Notes: a model not told the origin generated them from the sequence alone. A stretch of DNA of 64,000 nt from Cyanophora paradoxa CCMP329 (GCA_004431415.1 QPMI01000167.1:1-64000), one strand, 5' to 3'. Positions 22,560-36,204 are shown, counted from the stretch's first letter. Numbers and translations: made by a program.

Positions 22560-24531
22560 CTAGTCGGAGTCGTCGTCGGCGGGGGCGGAGCCGGCATGCT
22601 CGTCGTCGCTGCCCATCCAGTCGACCTCGCTCTCCTCCTCCACCATCTCCGCCAGGTGCACGTACTTCCCCGGCTTCACCGCCACCACCTGCACGCCCCC
22701 GCCCCGCCGGCGTTGGCGGCGGCCCTCGCGGATGGGGCAGGGGCGGCGGGGCGGACGGTGCAGCGGCGGGGCGCGAGGGCGGCGGCGAGGGCGGCTAGGG
22801 CGGGGGCCTCGAGGGGGTTGCCCCAGAGGGTCACGTGCCGCATGCTGGCCGGGAAGGCGTCGGCCGCCAGCGGCCCCGCGATCATGTTCTGCGCGCCGCT
22901 CAGCGGGCCCGCGGGTGGTGGGCGGCGGGGCGGGCGCGCGTCGAAGAGGTGGAGGGTGCGCAGCGCGGGGGCCTCCGCCAGCCCGCCCGGCAGCGCCCTG
23001 CGCGGCCGCCGGTCAGAGGCGGGGCTGGGGTCGGGGTCGGGGCCGATGCGGGGGCACCGGAGGGCGTTGCGGGAGAGGTCGAGCTCCTCGAGGCGGGGCA
23101 GGGCGAGGAGGCCGGCGGGGAGGGCGAGGAGGCCGTTCTTGTGGAGGGTAAGAATGCGGAGGGCGGGGAGGCGGGCGGCCTCGTCGGGGAGGCGCTCGAG
23201 GCGGAGGCAGTCGAGGCGCAGGTCCTCGAGCTTGGGGAGGGCGGCGAGGAGCTCGCCCAGCGCGTGCGGCCGCTCCGGCGCCTCCACCCGCCGCAGCGAG
23301 AGCTCCCGCAGCGAGCCGCCCAGCCCCGCCAGCGGCCCCGGCGCCGCCAGCGCCGCCAGCGAGGAGCACTCGTCGAGCACGAGCGACTCGAGGGCCGCGA
23401 GGCGGGGCAGCCAGGCCGGCAGCTCGCGCAGGTTGTTGCGCGCCAGGCGCAGCCGCCGCAGCCGCCCGAGGCCGCCAAGTCGGGCAGCGTAAACGCCAGC
23501 ACGCCCGTCAGGTCCAGCTCCTCCAGCGCCTGGCCCGCCCCGCCCCGCTCGCACCCCCGGCGGCCCCGGGGCGGGGCAGGGGCGGCGGGGCGGGCGAACC
23601 GTGAGGTGGGCGAGGGACGCGGGGAGGGCGGCGGTGGCGGTGCCGGCGAGGCTGAGGCGGACGAGGGGCTGGGGGCGCGCGGCGAGGGCGGCGAGGATGC
23701 CCTCGAGCTCGCCGCGCTCGATCCCCTCAAGGCCCTCCAGCGCCACGCTCGCCAGCCGCGGGAAGCGCCCCGCGTCCAGCCGCCCCAGCACCTCCCCCGC
23801 CGCCCCCGCCACGTACTCCGCCGGCTCCGGCCCGCCCTCCTCCTCCGAGTCGCTCGCCTCGCCGGCGGCCGCCGCCCGCTTCTCCGGCGCCGCCGCCCCC
23901 GTGCCGTACAGCCGGACCGAGGTGAGCCGCGGCCCGAAGCGCTTGACCTGGAGGAGGCACAAGACCTTCAGCCGCGCGCAAAGTTCAATCGTGGCCTGGG
24001 CTGGCTGACCGCGACGCGCTCGACGAGGTCGGCGTCGTTTGGAAGGCGCAGCTCGAGGAGCGTCCAGCCGGATCCCTCGTGGTAGGCCTCCGCGAGCCAC
24101 CTGCGCGAGGAGCGCGCGTAGATTAGGGCACTGCGAATTAATCGCACGGTCCGATGACGGATGCTGGGCTTCGATCGCGCGGACTGCATTTCAGAGACGA
24201 CCAACGACATCTGGACTAGCCCTAGCAGCTGTTTGGCTAGCAGTGGGTTGCCGATCGAGCTCCAAGGGCTCGTCGGATAGGCACATCGACGTCGAGCGAC
24301 TGGACTCGCGCGGACTGGGCGGGTAGCACCGCACCTCCGGCAAACGCGCGCGATCCGCGACTTCTCGCGCTCGCTCAGATGCTGGAAGATGCGCTGCAGG
24401 ATCGCGCTCGGAAGTTCGCTAAAGGTGACAGAGCCTTCAGGCGCAGCGGCCGGGTCCTCGTGATTCCGCCGGCGCTTCTGCGAGGATCCGGAGCTCGAGC
24501 TTCCGGCCGCGTTGCTGCCGCTGCGCTTCAT
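22560..24531 (-). CDS. F-box/leucine-rich-repeat protein
   Basis: F-box FSELPSAILQRIFQHLSEREKSRIARVCR; LRRs LRRLRLARNNLRELP, LRILTLHKNGLLALP, LEELDLSRNAL; acidic tail ending at TAG 22560. Confidence 0.85.
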
Positions 24532-24765
24532 GACTCAGACGCTGTTGGCGGCTCAGGTCCTGGCGGTCCCGGCCGGTCCGGCTTTCCCGGGTACCGTATA
24601 CACGTTGAGGGCGAGGCTAAACTCTGACGGTGAGGGGTCGACGCGTGGCGAGCGCGTGTAGCGCTCGCGCTCATTTGTTCAGTGCATAATCACTCCTCGC
24701 GCGCGCCTCCTCGCGCCTCCTTCAGTACATGGCCGGCGCATTCTGACCTCCTCGCCGCGAAGAGA

Positions 24766-25255
24766 ATGGACCACGACCGCGACCACCGCGCGAACCGTGC
24801 CCCGCGCGATCCGATCCTCGGCCGCGCGGACGTTGACGCGGCGGAGATCGAAGCTCCGTCAACAGCCAAGGCCGCTGCCATCTCAATCGCAGGGCTGGCC
24901 GGCGGCACCGTCGCGGGAACGCTCGGCGGCATGATGGGCGCCGCCGCCGGAGGGCCAATCGGGGCTGCAGTGGGGGCAGGTCCGCCGTGCGCGCCTCGAA
25001 CGCCCATGTGGCCACGCGCCTCGTCGACGTCGGGCCTTTCAATTGCAAGCTGAGAATCCAAGTCGCAGCGGTCGCCGCCGGCGCCGGTGCCGTCGCCGCC
25101 GCAAGTGCGCCATGTCCGGCGCGGCTCTTGATCGTGACGCGCGGCCTGCCCCTGACGGGCCTCGGCGAGCAGTGCCGGTGGCGCACGCTGGGGAGGAGGC
25201 GGAGCGCTGGGGCGACGACAGAGCCGCCCGCGCCGTCTTCGACGCCGCCGACTGA
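24766..25255 (+). CDS. Small glycine-zipper membrane protein
   Basis: GLAGGTVAGTLGGMMGAAAGGPIGAAVGAG; two short introns inferred; ends AVFDAAD*. Confidence 0.55.
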
Positions 25256-25371
25256 GCTCGCCAAAGCGGGCCCCGCGCATGCATGTACAGCTCCCCACAA
25301 CGGCGCGCATCCGATGTAAATACATACGGCGCGAGCGCGTCAGTGCGGTGCGGGGTGCGCGGGGGCGGGGC

Positions 25372-26859
25372 CTAGTTGGCGGGGGCGATGGTGAGGGCGC
25401 CCACGATGCCGGCGTTGTTGCCGTGCACGCTCGGCACGATGTACCTGCGCTGGCCCCGGCTCGAGCCCGGCGGGGGCCCCTCGAGGCCCTCGAGGCGCAC
25501 CGGTCGATCCCGCTGGGGCCCTCCTGCAGGCGCTCCGAGCGGATGTAGCCCTGCGCGGTGCGGGCGTCAGCGGCGCCGCCCCTGGATTTGGGCGGCGCGG
25601 GGCGGGCCTGGAGCATTTGGAGGCAGACGCGGCGGATCTTGGGAAAGAGGGAGAGGCGCTGCAGGACGCCCCCGCTGGGCGGGGCGTGAGGGGCGGGTGG
25701 CGGCGGGTGCGAGGTGCGGGGGTGGGGGGCGGGTGCCTGAGGACGATGACCTCGGGGGAGACAATGAGGGTCAGGGTCGCGCACAGGTGGCCCAGGTAGT
25801 GCGCGGCAGCCTCCTGCGCGCCCATGAGCGGGGGCGCGCTGCACGGCCGGGCTCCGGCCTGCGCTCGCCCAGGCTGGGTGGTCGTCGGGGAGGTTCTTGA
25901 GCTCGGCGGGGGCGACCCCCGCCCGCCCCGCGATCGCCCCCGCCGACGCCTGCGCCCGCCCCGCGTCAGAGGCGCCTCGGGGGGGGCCGGGGCGGGGCGC
26001 GCCATGCCCTCGACGCAGTCGGCGTGGAAGGGGCAGGAGCCGGCGAAGGCGTCCCCCGCCAGCCGCGGCTGCCGGAAGTGCCCGCCCTCTGCCCCCAGCC
26101 CCGCCTCTGCCCCCGCCACCTGCCGCGGGGCCCGGGCCAGGCGCACCGGGGTGCAGGAGGCCGTGCAGCGGCTTCCCGTCGACCACGATTCCCACGCCGA
26201 TGCCCGTCCCTGCGCGCCCCCCCTCGCACGCCGCCGCGGCCGCAGCCACGGAAGCGCGGCCGCACCGACGGTGACGTAGCAGACGGAGCTGACGGCGCTG
26301 CGCCCGGCCTCAAGCTCCGCCTCGAGCGGCGGCAGGTGCCAGGGGCGGGACGGCGGGCGGACCCGTGGCCGCCGTGCTTGGCCTCGCCGATGGCGGCGGC
26401 GTTGACGTCCGTCTCGAAGGCGGTGGGCACGCCGAAGCGCTTGAAGGCGCCAACGACGTCTGTGTTCGCCCACCGCGGCTTCGGCGTTGTCGTGATGTGC
26501 CCGTACGTCGCGCTACGCCCGTCGTCCCGGATCGTGAGCCGGTGCGGTACATGCGAAACGACAGCAGGTAAGCGCCGGTCAGCGTGGCGCACCTCTTCTC
26601 GTTCAGATCGACTGGGCCGAAGCTTGCTATGCCGAGCGCGTCGAACTTGCGCGAGGAGAGCCTGCGGCCCGGTCACGCCCCGAGCTGGCCGGCCGATGGC
26701 GCCGCGCGCGGCACGGCAAGCTCACCACGTGACGACGTCGTTGAGGGTCTCTGCGGGCTCGCGCGTCGGGAACTCGGCGCGCTCCTCGACGTGCGGCGGC
26801 GTGCCGACGGCGACAACGAAGGATGTCCCGCCGGCTTCCACGCCAGCGACGCGGCCCAT
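25372..26859 (-). CDS. ROK-family fructokinase
   Basis: [85 protein letters not shown]. Confidence 0.92.
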
Positions 26860-27167
26860 GCTCGAGCGGTAGCTAGAGTTGAACTTGTTCCAGACGCAGC
26901 GCTAGCCGCGCAGCACGTTCTGTGGAGCTCTAACCGTGCTGAATTCGAAATCACACGTACCCTCCCCCGGCCGAACCCTGTACCCCTGCTAGCGCTGCGT
27001 CCAGTGTACCCTGGCACCAGAACCTAGCGTACCCCCGCAAAAGTGCCGACTTGCAGCGTACCCCCGCCCTCGCAATGTACCTCTAGCCCCGTCGACAGAG
27101 CAATCGGTACATGCTGGGGCCGGGGGGGACAGAGGAAAGCTGAGGGGCGCGCGGTGCCGGCTGCGGG

Positions 27168-29564
27168 CTAGGCGTTCTGGGCGTCGCCCTGCTTGGCGGG
27201 GTGGCGGTCGAGGAAGCCCTCGGGGTAATCGACGAAGACGAAGAAGTGCCCGGTGAAGAAGGCGAGGGGCAGGAGGGCGAGCAGGAGGGCCGTCGCGGCG
27301 AGCGCCAGGGCCGCCAGCACGAACGAGGTGCCGGGGAGGAGGGCCGCGGAGAGCGGCAGCAGGGCGGCGGCGAGGCTCGCGATGGGGGCGGCGAGGAGCG
27401 CGAGGGCGAGGGCGGCGAAGGCGGCGGCGAAGAGGGCGTACTTGTGGTGCGGGGTGCGCGCGTAGGGCGGCTCGCTGGGGAGGACGGCGGTGGAGAGGAT
27501 GTGGTGGCGGCCCTCGACGCCCAGGTACCCCGCCGCCGCCACGCACGCGCACACCAGCAGCGCCAGGCCCGACTGCCCGATCACCTCCAGCCCCGGGCCG
27601 CAGGCGCCGCGGGGCGAGGCGGCGGCGGTGGCGGTGCCGGCGGCGAGGGCGGCGGCGGCCTGGGCGACGTCGGGGCGAAGAAGGGCCCGACGAGGGCGCG
27701 GGAGGCGACGGCAAGCGAGCGCAGCAGCTCCCGCTGCGCCGCCCGAACGACGCGTACACCGCCCCGCCCCCGCCATCGCCCCCGCCGGCGGGCAGGCCGG
27801 CTCGCCCGGGTGGAGGCGGCGGCGGCGGCGGGGTGGCGGGGGCGGGGTGAGCCCCGGGGCGCAGGCGGCGTAGAGGAGGGCGCGCAGGAAGGGACGATCT
27901 GGTTGCGGGAGACGCCCGTGACGCGCCCCACGGCCGCCGTCGGCACGTAGTCTGAGCGGCGGCGTCAGGCGGGCGGGGCGGGCGGGGCGGGGGGCGGGGG
28001 CGGGCGGGCCGGAGTCGGCGTAGAGGGCCTCGCAGCGGGAGCCGGCGGGGCAGAGGGCCTCCTCCGGCAGGCTCGCCGCCGCGAACCGCACCGCCGCCAG
28101 GAACGCGCACGCCGACGGCGCCTCCCCGTCCCCTGCCACACCAGCGCGTACCGCCCCTCCCCGTCGCCGTCCCCGCGTACGCCACGAAGGGCGAGGCCGG
28201 GCCGGGGCGCCGGGGCCGGGCCCGAGGAGGACGGCGCGGAGGCCGGCGCGGGCGCTGGGCTCGAGGCGCCACCACTCGTCGAGGGCAAGCGCCGCGATAA
28301 CGAGGACGACGGCGAGCACGGCGAGGCCCATCCGCACCGCCCGCGCCCGCGCCACCCGCAGCGACGCCCGCACCACCTGCCGCCACGTCAGCCCGGCCGC
28401 TGGCGGCGGGCGGGCGGGGGCCGGGGCGGGCGCGCGTCCTCGTCGGGGGCGGGAGGAGGAGGCGGTTGGGCCCCGGGCGAGGGCGGGGCGGCGAGGGAGA
28501 GGGCCGACCAGCAGGCGGCCGCGACGGCGAGCCAGAAGCCCGGCCCCAGCGTCGAGGCGCCCCCGAAGGCCGTCCGCGTGAACTGCCGCCCGTGCGCCGC
28601 CCCGTACGTCGCTGGCCCCCGTCGCCCGTCAGCCGGCCCCGCAGCGCCGGCGGCGACGCGAGGCGGGGCGGGGCGGGGGCACCGGCGGCGGCAGCGTAGA
28701 GGGCAGCGGGGAGGAGGCGGAGCCAGGCGGCGGCGCCCTCGGCGAGGCGCCGCCGCCGCCGCCGCCGCTCCGCCAGCTCCTGCTGGAACCGCGGCACCGG
28801 CGCTGCAGCCGCCGGGCGTCAGCCGGCGCGGGGGCGGGGCGGGGCGGGGCGGGGGGTGAACCGTCGGGGGCGGCGGACTGGAGGGAGAGGGCGGAGCGGG
28901 CGGAGAGGACGGCGCCGTCGGTGGCCAGGGGCCCCGGGCTCAGGGGGCCCCCCGTGGGGTCCTGCAAGCCGGCGAGGAGGGCGGCGGCGAAGGTGGAGCG
29001 GCGGAGGAGGCGGCCGAGGAAGAGGACCCAGAGGGCGGCGAGGAAGGAGACGACGAGGCCGGCGAGCAGCAGCGCCAGGGCCGCCGCCGAGACCTGGCCC
29101 ACGACCGCCGGGCACCGCCCCGCGTCCCCGTCCGCCCCCACCGCCGTGCACGCCCCCGAGAGCGCCTCGGAGCGCCCGTCGGCGAAGCGGATGCGCAGGA
29201 GGCCGGCGGCGGTCGCCCCGCCGAGGGGGCGGGCGGGGAGGGAGGCCCAGTTCTCGGTGGCGACGGCGGCGATGGCGAGCGCCACGTCCACCAGCGCGAT
29301 GTAGCCCCCGAGCGCCTTCCGCGACCAGAGCGCCCGCACCGCCGCCTTCCTCCGCGCTCTCCCCGCCAGGTCCGGCACCCCCGGCGGCCTCGCTGGGGCC
29401 CGCGCGGCCTGCGGCTGCGCCGGCGGCTCGCCGCGCCGTGCGGCCTGCTGCACCTGCTGCTGCTGCTGCTGCGGGGCGGCCCTGGAATCCGGCGCCCGGT
29501 ACTTGTTGGCCGGCCCCTCACCCTGCTCCTCGTCCGCCGCTCCGTTCGACACCCTGGCGCCCAT
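27168..29564 (-). CDS. Multi-pass membrane protein with two claudin/PMP22-like modules
   Basis: Two modules of TM-(TENW / LDEWW)...AGL(L/R)...Cys-containing loop-TM-TM; family assignment is an inference. Confidence 0.55.
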
Positions 29565-29966
29565 GGGCGCCGCTGCCGCGCCTCACCCGCCTGCCGTCTG
29601 CTGCTGGGCGACCGCCCGCTGCTCCTCAACCGGCCGCCTCGCTTCCGCCACCCTAGCTGTCGTCAGCTTCCAGGGGTGCCGCAGTGCAGCGCGTGTCTAT
29701 TGGAGTGAATGATCTGGTCCAGCTGCCCGAGGCCGGTGGCGGCTGCGGCGGCGCGCCCACAACGCGACGCAACGTGTTGCAAGCGCTCTGGGGCCTCGCA
29801 CTGATGCCTTGAGGCTCGTACGAGCTCGCCTAGACGCCCACGCTGCCTGCAGCTGCCTGGCCCAGTGGGGAGCGTTGCAGCGGCTGTTTTGTTTTGGCCC
29901 GGGGGGTGGTCTATTCTTTGCGCGCCAAGTGTAGGCGCGAACTTCAGCCTGTGCGGCAGCACACGC

Positions 29967-32517
29967 ATGGTACAGATTGTGGTGGACTCTACGCACGTGG
30001 AGGAGGAGACTAGTGCGCCAGCACCGCAGGAACTCGGAGCCGAGTCCAGCAGGAGCGTGGAAGTCACCGCTTCTGGCGCGCGCAGCAACAACGGGCATCG
30101 GACGCACCGGGCTGGCCCGGGCGATCAGCAGAGGCGGACTGCGGGCGCGGATGACGCGCCACGTGCTGTTGGAGCGCCAGTGACCGCGCGGGGCGCACGA
30201 ACGCACCGCGGATTGGGCGAACAAGCGGCGGAGGAGACGGGGCTGCAGGAAGAGCCGCCTCAGGTGTTGCTAGGGCCGCACACGGCGCGGACGGCGGGGC
30301 GGGAGGGCGGGCAGCGGAGCGGGCGGCGGCGGCGGGAGGGGGCCGGCTCGACCTCCACGCGGGAGGCGGACGGCATCACGAAGCGGGAGCAGGACTCCGG
30401 GATGCTCAGGGCGCTCCGCGGCGTCGTGGGCATGCTCGAGCCGACCCTGGGGGCGGCGGTACCGGCGGCCAAGGCCGGGCTCGTTGCCCCCGCCGACTAC
30501 AAGCCCTCCTCCCGTCGCTCCTCGCGCCGGCACCGCGAGGACGTCGAGGCCGGCCTCGCCTTCCCCGCCCCCCCGGAGGACCCCGCCCCGCCCCCCGGCG
30601 CCGGCCCCGGCGCCCCGCACGAGGAGGCCCCCGCCGCGCGCCGCCAGAGCGGCAGCGACAGGGCGAGGCAGCTCAGGTACCCGGTCCGCAGGCGGCGGCT
30701 GCCCAACACGGTGCCCCCCAAGGTGCGCACGCGGGAGGGAGAGGGCGGGGCGGGGCGGGGGGCCGACGGGGGGCCGGGGCGGCAGGTGCTGAGGGCGGTG
30801 GGGCGGGCGAACCCGCTGCTGGTGCCGGCGGTGGAGCGCCTGGGCCGCCTCGCCCGCGACCAGCGCTACCTCCGCCTCCTCCTCCTCGTCCTCGAGCTCG
30901 CCGCCCTCGCCGCCGCCCTCGCCCTCGAGCGCTGGGCCGACCTCCCCGCGTACCCCCCCGAGGCGGTCCGCCGGTCGCCCCCGAGCCGGCCTGGCGTCCC
31001 CTGCCTGACCCCGCTGCAGCCGGCCATCCGCGCGGGGCTGCTGAGCGTCTTCGCGGGGGAGCCGGAGGTCCGGTACCCCCCCGACAGCGTGTGCGGGCTG
31101 CTGGGGAGCTCGCGGGCGCGGCGGCTGCGGGCGGCGGGGGCGGGCCCGTGCGCGGGTCGGTGGCGGGGTGGGGCGGCTGGGCTTCGGGCTGGTGGCGGCG
31201 GGGGCCGGCCTGGGCGCCCTCCTGCTGCTCCTCGAGGGGGCCACCTGCTCGCCCTCGCCGCCGCCACCCGGCCCCTCCCCCCTCGCCCCCGCTCCACGCC
31301 GCCGCCATCGCCCTCCGCGCCCTCGCCACCGCCGCCACCCTCGCCGCCCTCGCCACCTGGGCCGGTCCGCGACCCCCGCCCGCCCCGCCCCCGCGCACGC
31401 GCCGACGCCCGTCGCGTGCGCAGCGTGGTTCGCGCAGCTGGGGGCGGGCGGGGTGCCGCTGAGCCCCGTGCCGGGGCGTCGGCGGTGGTGCTGATGGGGC
31501 GGTGTGCGTGGCGGGGTGGGGAGCGTCGCGCTGGGGCACGCGGTGCGGCAGCGGCTCTTCGGGGACGTGCGGGGCCTCGAGGGGGCCCTCCTCGCCCTCG
31601 AGCGCCTCTGCCTCGACCGCCTCGGCCGCCTCCCCGAGCTCGCCCCCTTCTTCCCCGCCCCCGGCGCCCTCGCCCTCGCCCCGGGGCGCCGCGCCTCCTC
31701 CTCCACCCTCTCCTCCGCATCCCTCTCCGACTCGCACGACGAGGAGGCCTCGCTGCCCCCCGAGCTGCCCCCGCCGCCCCCGCGCCCCGCCTGCGTCCCG
31801 CCCCTCGAGATCCCCCCCGAGCGGCCCCCGGACTCCCTCGAGAGCACCCGCGCCCCGCCCGCCCTCAACGCTGCCGCCCCGCCCTCCCCGCACCGCTTCC
31901 CCCGCCCCCCCGGCGGGTGCTCGGGCAGGCCTCGCGCCGGCCGCGCGCCCTGTGATCGTGCAGGGCGGCGCCGCCGCCGCGCCGGCGGCGGCGGAGGGCG
32001 ACGTGGTGGTGCGATGCGCCGGCTCGGGCCGCGGCGCGCCCCTCGGGGTCCCTGACGCGGGCTGCAGGAGGCGGCGCTGCAGCAGCCGCCGACCTCCTGG
32101 ATCCGGCCCCGCAGCGCCTCCGCCCTCGCCCCGCATCCCCGAGGCCCCGGCCGCGCCCCACGAGCCGCCCCCGGCCTCGAGTGGAGGACGCCCGGGCGCG
32201 CCTCCGCATCGGCTGCGCCGCCGGAGGCGGGGGCGGGGCGGCGGCCGCAGCTGGCGGCGGCGCTGGAGACGGCACCGCAGCGGCGGGCGCAGCTGGCGCC
32301 GCTGGCGGGGCCGGCAGGGCCCCTCGCCGCCCGCGGCTCCCTCCTCGGCGCCGTGAAGGAGCTCCTCGGGGGCGAGGGCGAGGGCGAGGGCCCCCCGGAG
32401 GAGGCGGCGAAGCCGGTGCTGGCGGCCGCCGCTGCGCCGCGGGGGCTGCGGCCCTTCCTGGAGGAGACCCTCGGGCCGGCCGACGAGTGGACCCGCACCC
32501 AGGCCGCCCTCGTCTAG
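29967..32517 (+). CDS. Membrane protein with one claudin-like module, probable paralog of the divergent neighbour
   Basis: LAAALALERWADLP...AGLLSV...C...C followed by TM segments; Pro-rich tail; TAG 32515-32517. Confidence 0.5.
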
Positions 32518-32724
32518 CCCGCACCTCCCCGATCCCTCGCCCTCGCGCTCGAGTGTTCTAGATCTTCGCATTGACTAACTGTGCAAATTGGGAAACCCAC
32601 TGATCAAGACTGAGGCGTGTCTTTCTGCACGCGAGGCTGCTCTCTGAAACTAAGGGGCGAGCGGAGGAGGGGCGGAGGGGATGAGGACGGTTGAGAAGGG
32701 AGCGGGGCGGGGGCGGGTTCATGA

Positions 32725-33630
32725 TCAGGGCTTCCACTTGGGGTCGCCCTCGCGGACGACCTCGATCGATATGGTATTCTGCTTGGACATCTTCTCAACG
32801 AGCGACGGCGGCTTGTAGCCCTTGGCCTCCACCTGCGCCCCAGCCTCAGCGCCCGTCCCGCAGCACGGCCCGGCCGGCGGGCGGCGGCACGCACGCCGAG
32901 GTTCTCCTTCAGCGCCGTCGCCACGTCGAAGCTGCGGGGGGTGGCGTGAGCGAGGGCCGGGCCGGCGCGTGGCGGGGCGGGGGACGGGCGGGCGGCACCG
33001 GTTCTGGAAGTAGCCGATGACGGGGCGCGTGTCCTTCGTGTCGGGGTCCCAGTCGCCGGTCCACATTGCCGCGTTCACAGCCGTCGGGCACTCCTGCCAG
33101 CGCCGGTCGGCCACGCGCCGAGCTCGAGCCGGCGGCGGGTGAAGGGACGGCGGGGGCGGGCGCACCAGGAGACACTCCCCGTACGTCTCATCGACCTCAA
33201 CGCCATCGGGAGCGTACTGCTTGAAGAGCTCGATGATCTTGGCCGCACCTCCTAGCGCCAGTTCGCATCAGTGCCGGCGCGCGAGGAGCCGCGGGCAGCG
33301 TACGTGGCTCGCAGCGGCCACCGGTGCAGACGTGAACGTGCTTCTTGCACTCCGCCTGGGTGACGCGTACGCGTCAGGGATCTCGGTGATTAACCGAAGG
33401 CCGCGGCCAAGCGGCCGCGCCGCTCTGCTTGAGATTCTAGCGCTTCGAAAGGCGCCTAGAAACGCGCTGGCGAGAACGAGGCGCACCGAGACTGTGAAGG
33501 TCACGCGGTCGGCCGACCTTGCGGCCGCCGGCTTCGCCTTAAGGGCGCGGACCGCGGGCGAAGACTCGTGGTTGAAGCCGACGTGCCGCGAGGGCGCGGC
33601 GGCCAAGGGAGCGGCGGCGGCAGCGAACAT
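32725..33630 (-). CDS. Thioredoxin-like [2Fe-2S] ferredoxin family protein, likely plastid-targeted
   Basis: Spliced: MFAAAAAP...RVTFTVS-A transit-like peptide, then HVHVCTGGRCEPRGAAKIIELF...ECLLECPTAVN (CX4C...CX3C). Confidence 0.75.
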
Positions 33631-33843
33631 CTCAAAATCAGCGAGCGTGACACAATAGCCTGAACTAGGCCTACCCCCATCAACAACCGCTGCGGCGACG
33701 AGGCGCGACGGCGCACTCGGGGTACAACAACTGAAGAGGGGCGGGCAGTCGTGCCTCGGGTACAGCTGCTCTACGTCTACTCGCGGGTTGACCTTAGTAA
33801 ACTACTTTACTATCAACTTCGGCGCCGGCGATATCGATGTGCG

Positions 33844-36075
33844 ATGTCCGCGCCGGATAGCGCGCCCCGGGGCGCCGACGGGCGCCGCGTGTCGGATCGG
33901 ACGAAAAGCGCTTCGGAAGACTCGACCCCCAGCTCGAGCGCGCTGCCCTGGCCGCTTGGAGGTACGGTCGGTTCCGGGCCGCCGACGGCGTGGAACACCC
34001 TGCCCTCGGACCTGGTCGAGGTCATCGCCGATGCGGTTGGCGATGCGTGGGGGGCGTTGAAGCTGGTGCGCTCGGGTTTACCAGTGCCTTTATCTTTAGC
34101 GGATTGACGTCGACGATCGTAGCTAATGCGCATCCATCGCGCAGGTGAGCCTGGCGAGCTTTGACATGTACATACGCCGCCAGACCTCCCTCCGCCTGAA
34201 GAACGGCCTCGCCGCGTCGACGCCAAAGTCCCCCCCACACGGGCTGGCCGCAGCATCGCCTCCGCCCTGCTCAACCCCGCCTCCCACCTTCCCGCCTCCG
34301 TCGCCCTCGCCCCGCGCCGCCCGAGCCCCGCCCCGCCCCGCCTCCGCATCCGCTTCCGCGGCTGCGGCCGCGCGCCCCGCGCGCCGGCGAGTCCCGCGAC
34401 CGCGCGCGCCGCCGCCACCAGGCCGCCGCCGTCCTCCTCCTCCTCGGCGGGGACGCGGGTAGGGGTGGCGGGGCCGGGGCGCGCGGCGTCGTTCACGTGC
34501 ACGCTCTCGCCGGGGACCTGGCGCCCCTCGCCTCTCTCGTGCGCCGCGCCCGCGCCGCCTCCTCCCTCTCCTTCGGCGACCTCAGGTGCCGCCCCCCGCG
34601 CCCCGCCCCGCCTCCGCCCCCGACCGGCCCGGCAGCGCCTCGCCGGTGGCGATCCGCGCGGTGGGGGCGGCGGCGGGGGCGCGGGAGGGGCGGTGCCGGT
34701 GGTGGCGGTGGCGCTGCGCTTCACCGAGGGGGAGGCGGCGCGGGAGGGGCGCGGGGGCGCCCTCCTCGCCGCCCTCATCCAGCTCGCCGCCCACTTCCCC
34801 TCCCTCCTCTCATTGCGCGTGCAGCTCCCGTACTCGCGCCCGCCCCTCCCCCACCTCCACCCCCCAGACCCCTCCCGCGCTCTCTGCCTCCTCTGCCTCC
34901 CCCATTCCGTCGCCGCCCCCGGCGCCGGGCCCTCCTTCCCGCTCCTCGTCCGCCTGGACGCCCCGCTCCACGTCTGCGATCCCGCGCACCGTCGCGGGCC
35001 CCACGCCCACTCCGGTGCCCGCGCACCCCCTCGCTGCTCCCCGCCGCCGCCGCAGGAGCGAGCGCCGGCTCGCAGACGAGGGCCTGGCTGCGCTGCGGGC
35101 CCTCTTCCCCGCCCTGCGCGCCGTCTCCGCGCTCGTCCTCCTCGCCCCGCGCCCCGCCGTGGCGGGGGCCCTGCGCGGGCCCCTCCCCGCGGCGGAGCGG
35201 CTCGAGCTGCAGTCGCTGGCGGCGCCGGGCCCGCGCGCCTCCCCCGAGGAGCAGCAGGCCCGCGAGCGCGCCTGGCTCCGCTCCCTCGCCCCGCTCCTCA
35301 ACGTCTGCCCCGCCACCGAGGTCCGCCCCCTGGTCCCCGCGCCGGCCCCCCGGCCGCGGCCTCACAACAGGGGCCAGCTGCGGGTGGTGGACGCGCGGCA
35401 CACGCGGACGCGGGCGCTGCACCGCGGCGTGATGGAGTCCCTGCGCCACCTCACCCGCCTTTGCGTCTACGTCGCCCACGTCTGGTGCGCACGCCGCCGC
35501 CCCGAGGCACCCCTGCCCTGCAGAGGCGCGTTCCTAACGGAGCCGCGGCGCCGGTACCCCGCGCAGGGACTACTCGTTCCTGCAGGACGCCGTCGCGCCA
35601 CCGGCAGCCTCGGGCCCGCCCCCGCTCCACCGCATCCGCTTCCTCCACGTCCGCCCACCCGCCCACCCGCCCCCTGCCGGCCTCGCGGCTCGGGTGGCGG
35701 CGTGAGGCCTCGCAGCTGCGGCTGCGGCTGTGGCTGGGGCGGAGCCGGCACGACTTCGCGTCGGTGGGGCAGCTGGTGGGGCGCCTCTGCTGCACGTGCC
35801 CCTCCCTCGAGGAGATCCACGTCGAGGGGGTCCCCTGGGAGAGCCTCGAGCGCCTGGGGGCGAGCAGCGGGCAGCACGCCGCCCTCGTCGCCAACTGGAA
35901 GCTCGCCGTGCACCCCTTCATCAGCGCCTTCCGCGAGGTCCTCGGCGGCTACGGCCCCCTGGGGCGGCCCCTGCCGCACGTGCGCATCGAGTCGCTCGGG
36001 AGCCCGCCCCCCGAGGTCCGCCGCGTCATCGCGGCGGGCCTCGAGGGTCTCATCGACTTCGAGTGGCCCCCCTAG
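33844..36075 (+). CDS. F-box-like / LRR-like hypothetical protein
   Basis: WNTLPSDLVEVIADAV (F-box start); FPSLLSLRVQL, FPALRAVSAL, CPSLEEIHVEG; TAG 36073-36075. Confidence 0.6.
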
Positions 36076-36204
36076 GGACAGCGCCCGCTTCCCCGTTCCC
36101 CCCGTCCCCTGTCAGGTCAGGTTCCACTCTACAAAAAGGATACAAGGGCGCCGGCCTCGCGCACGCGGGGCGGGGGCAGGGCGGCGGGGCGCGGGGGGCG
36201 GCCC

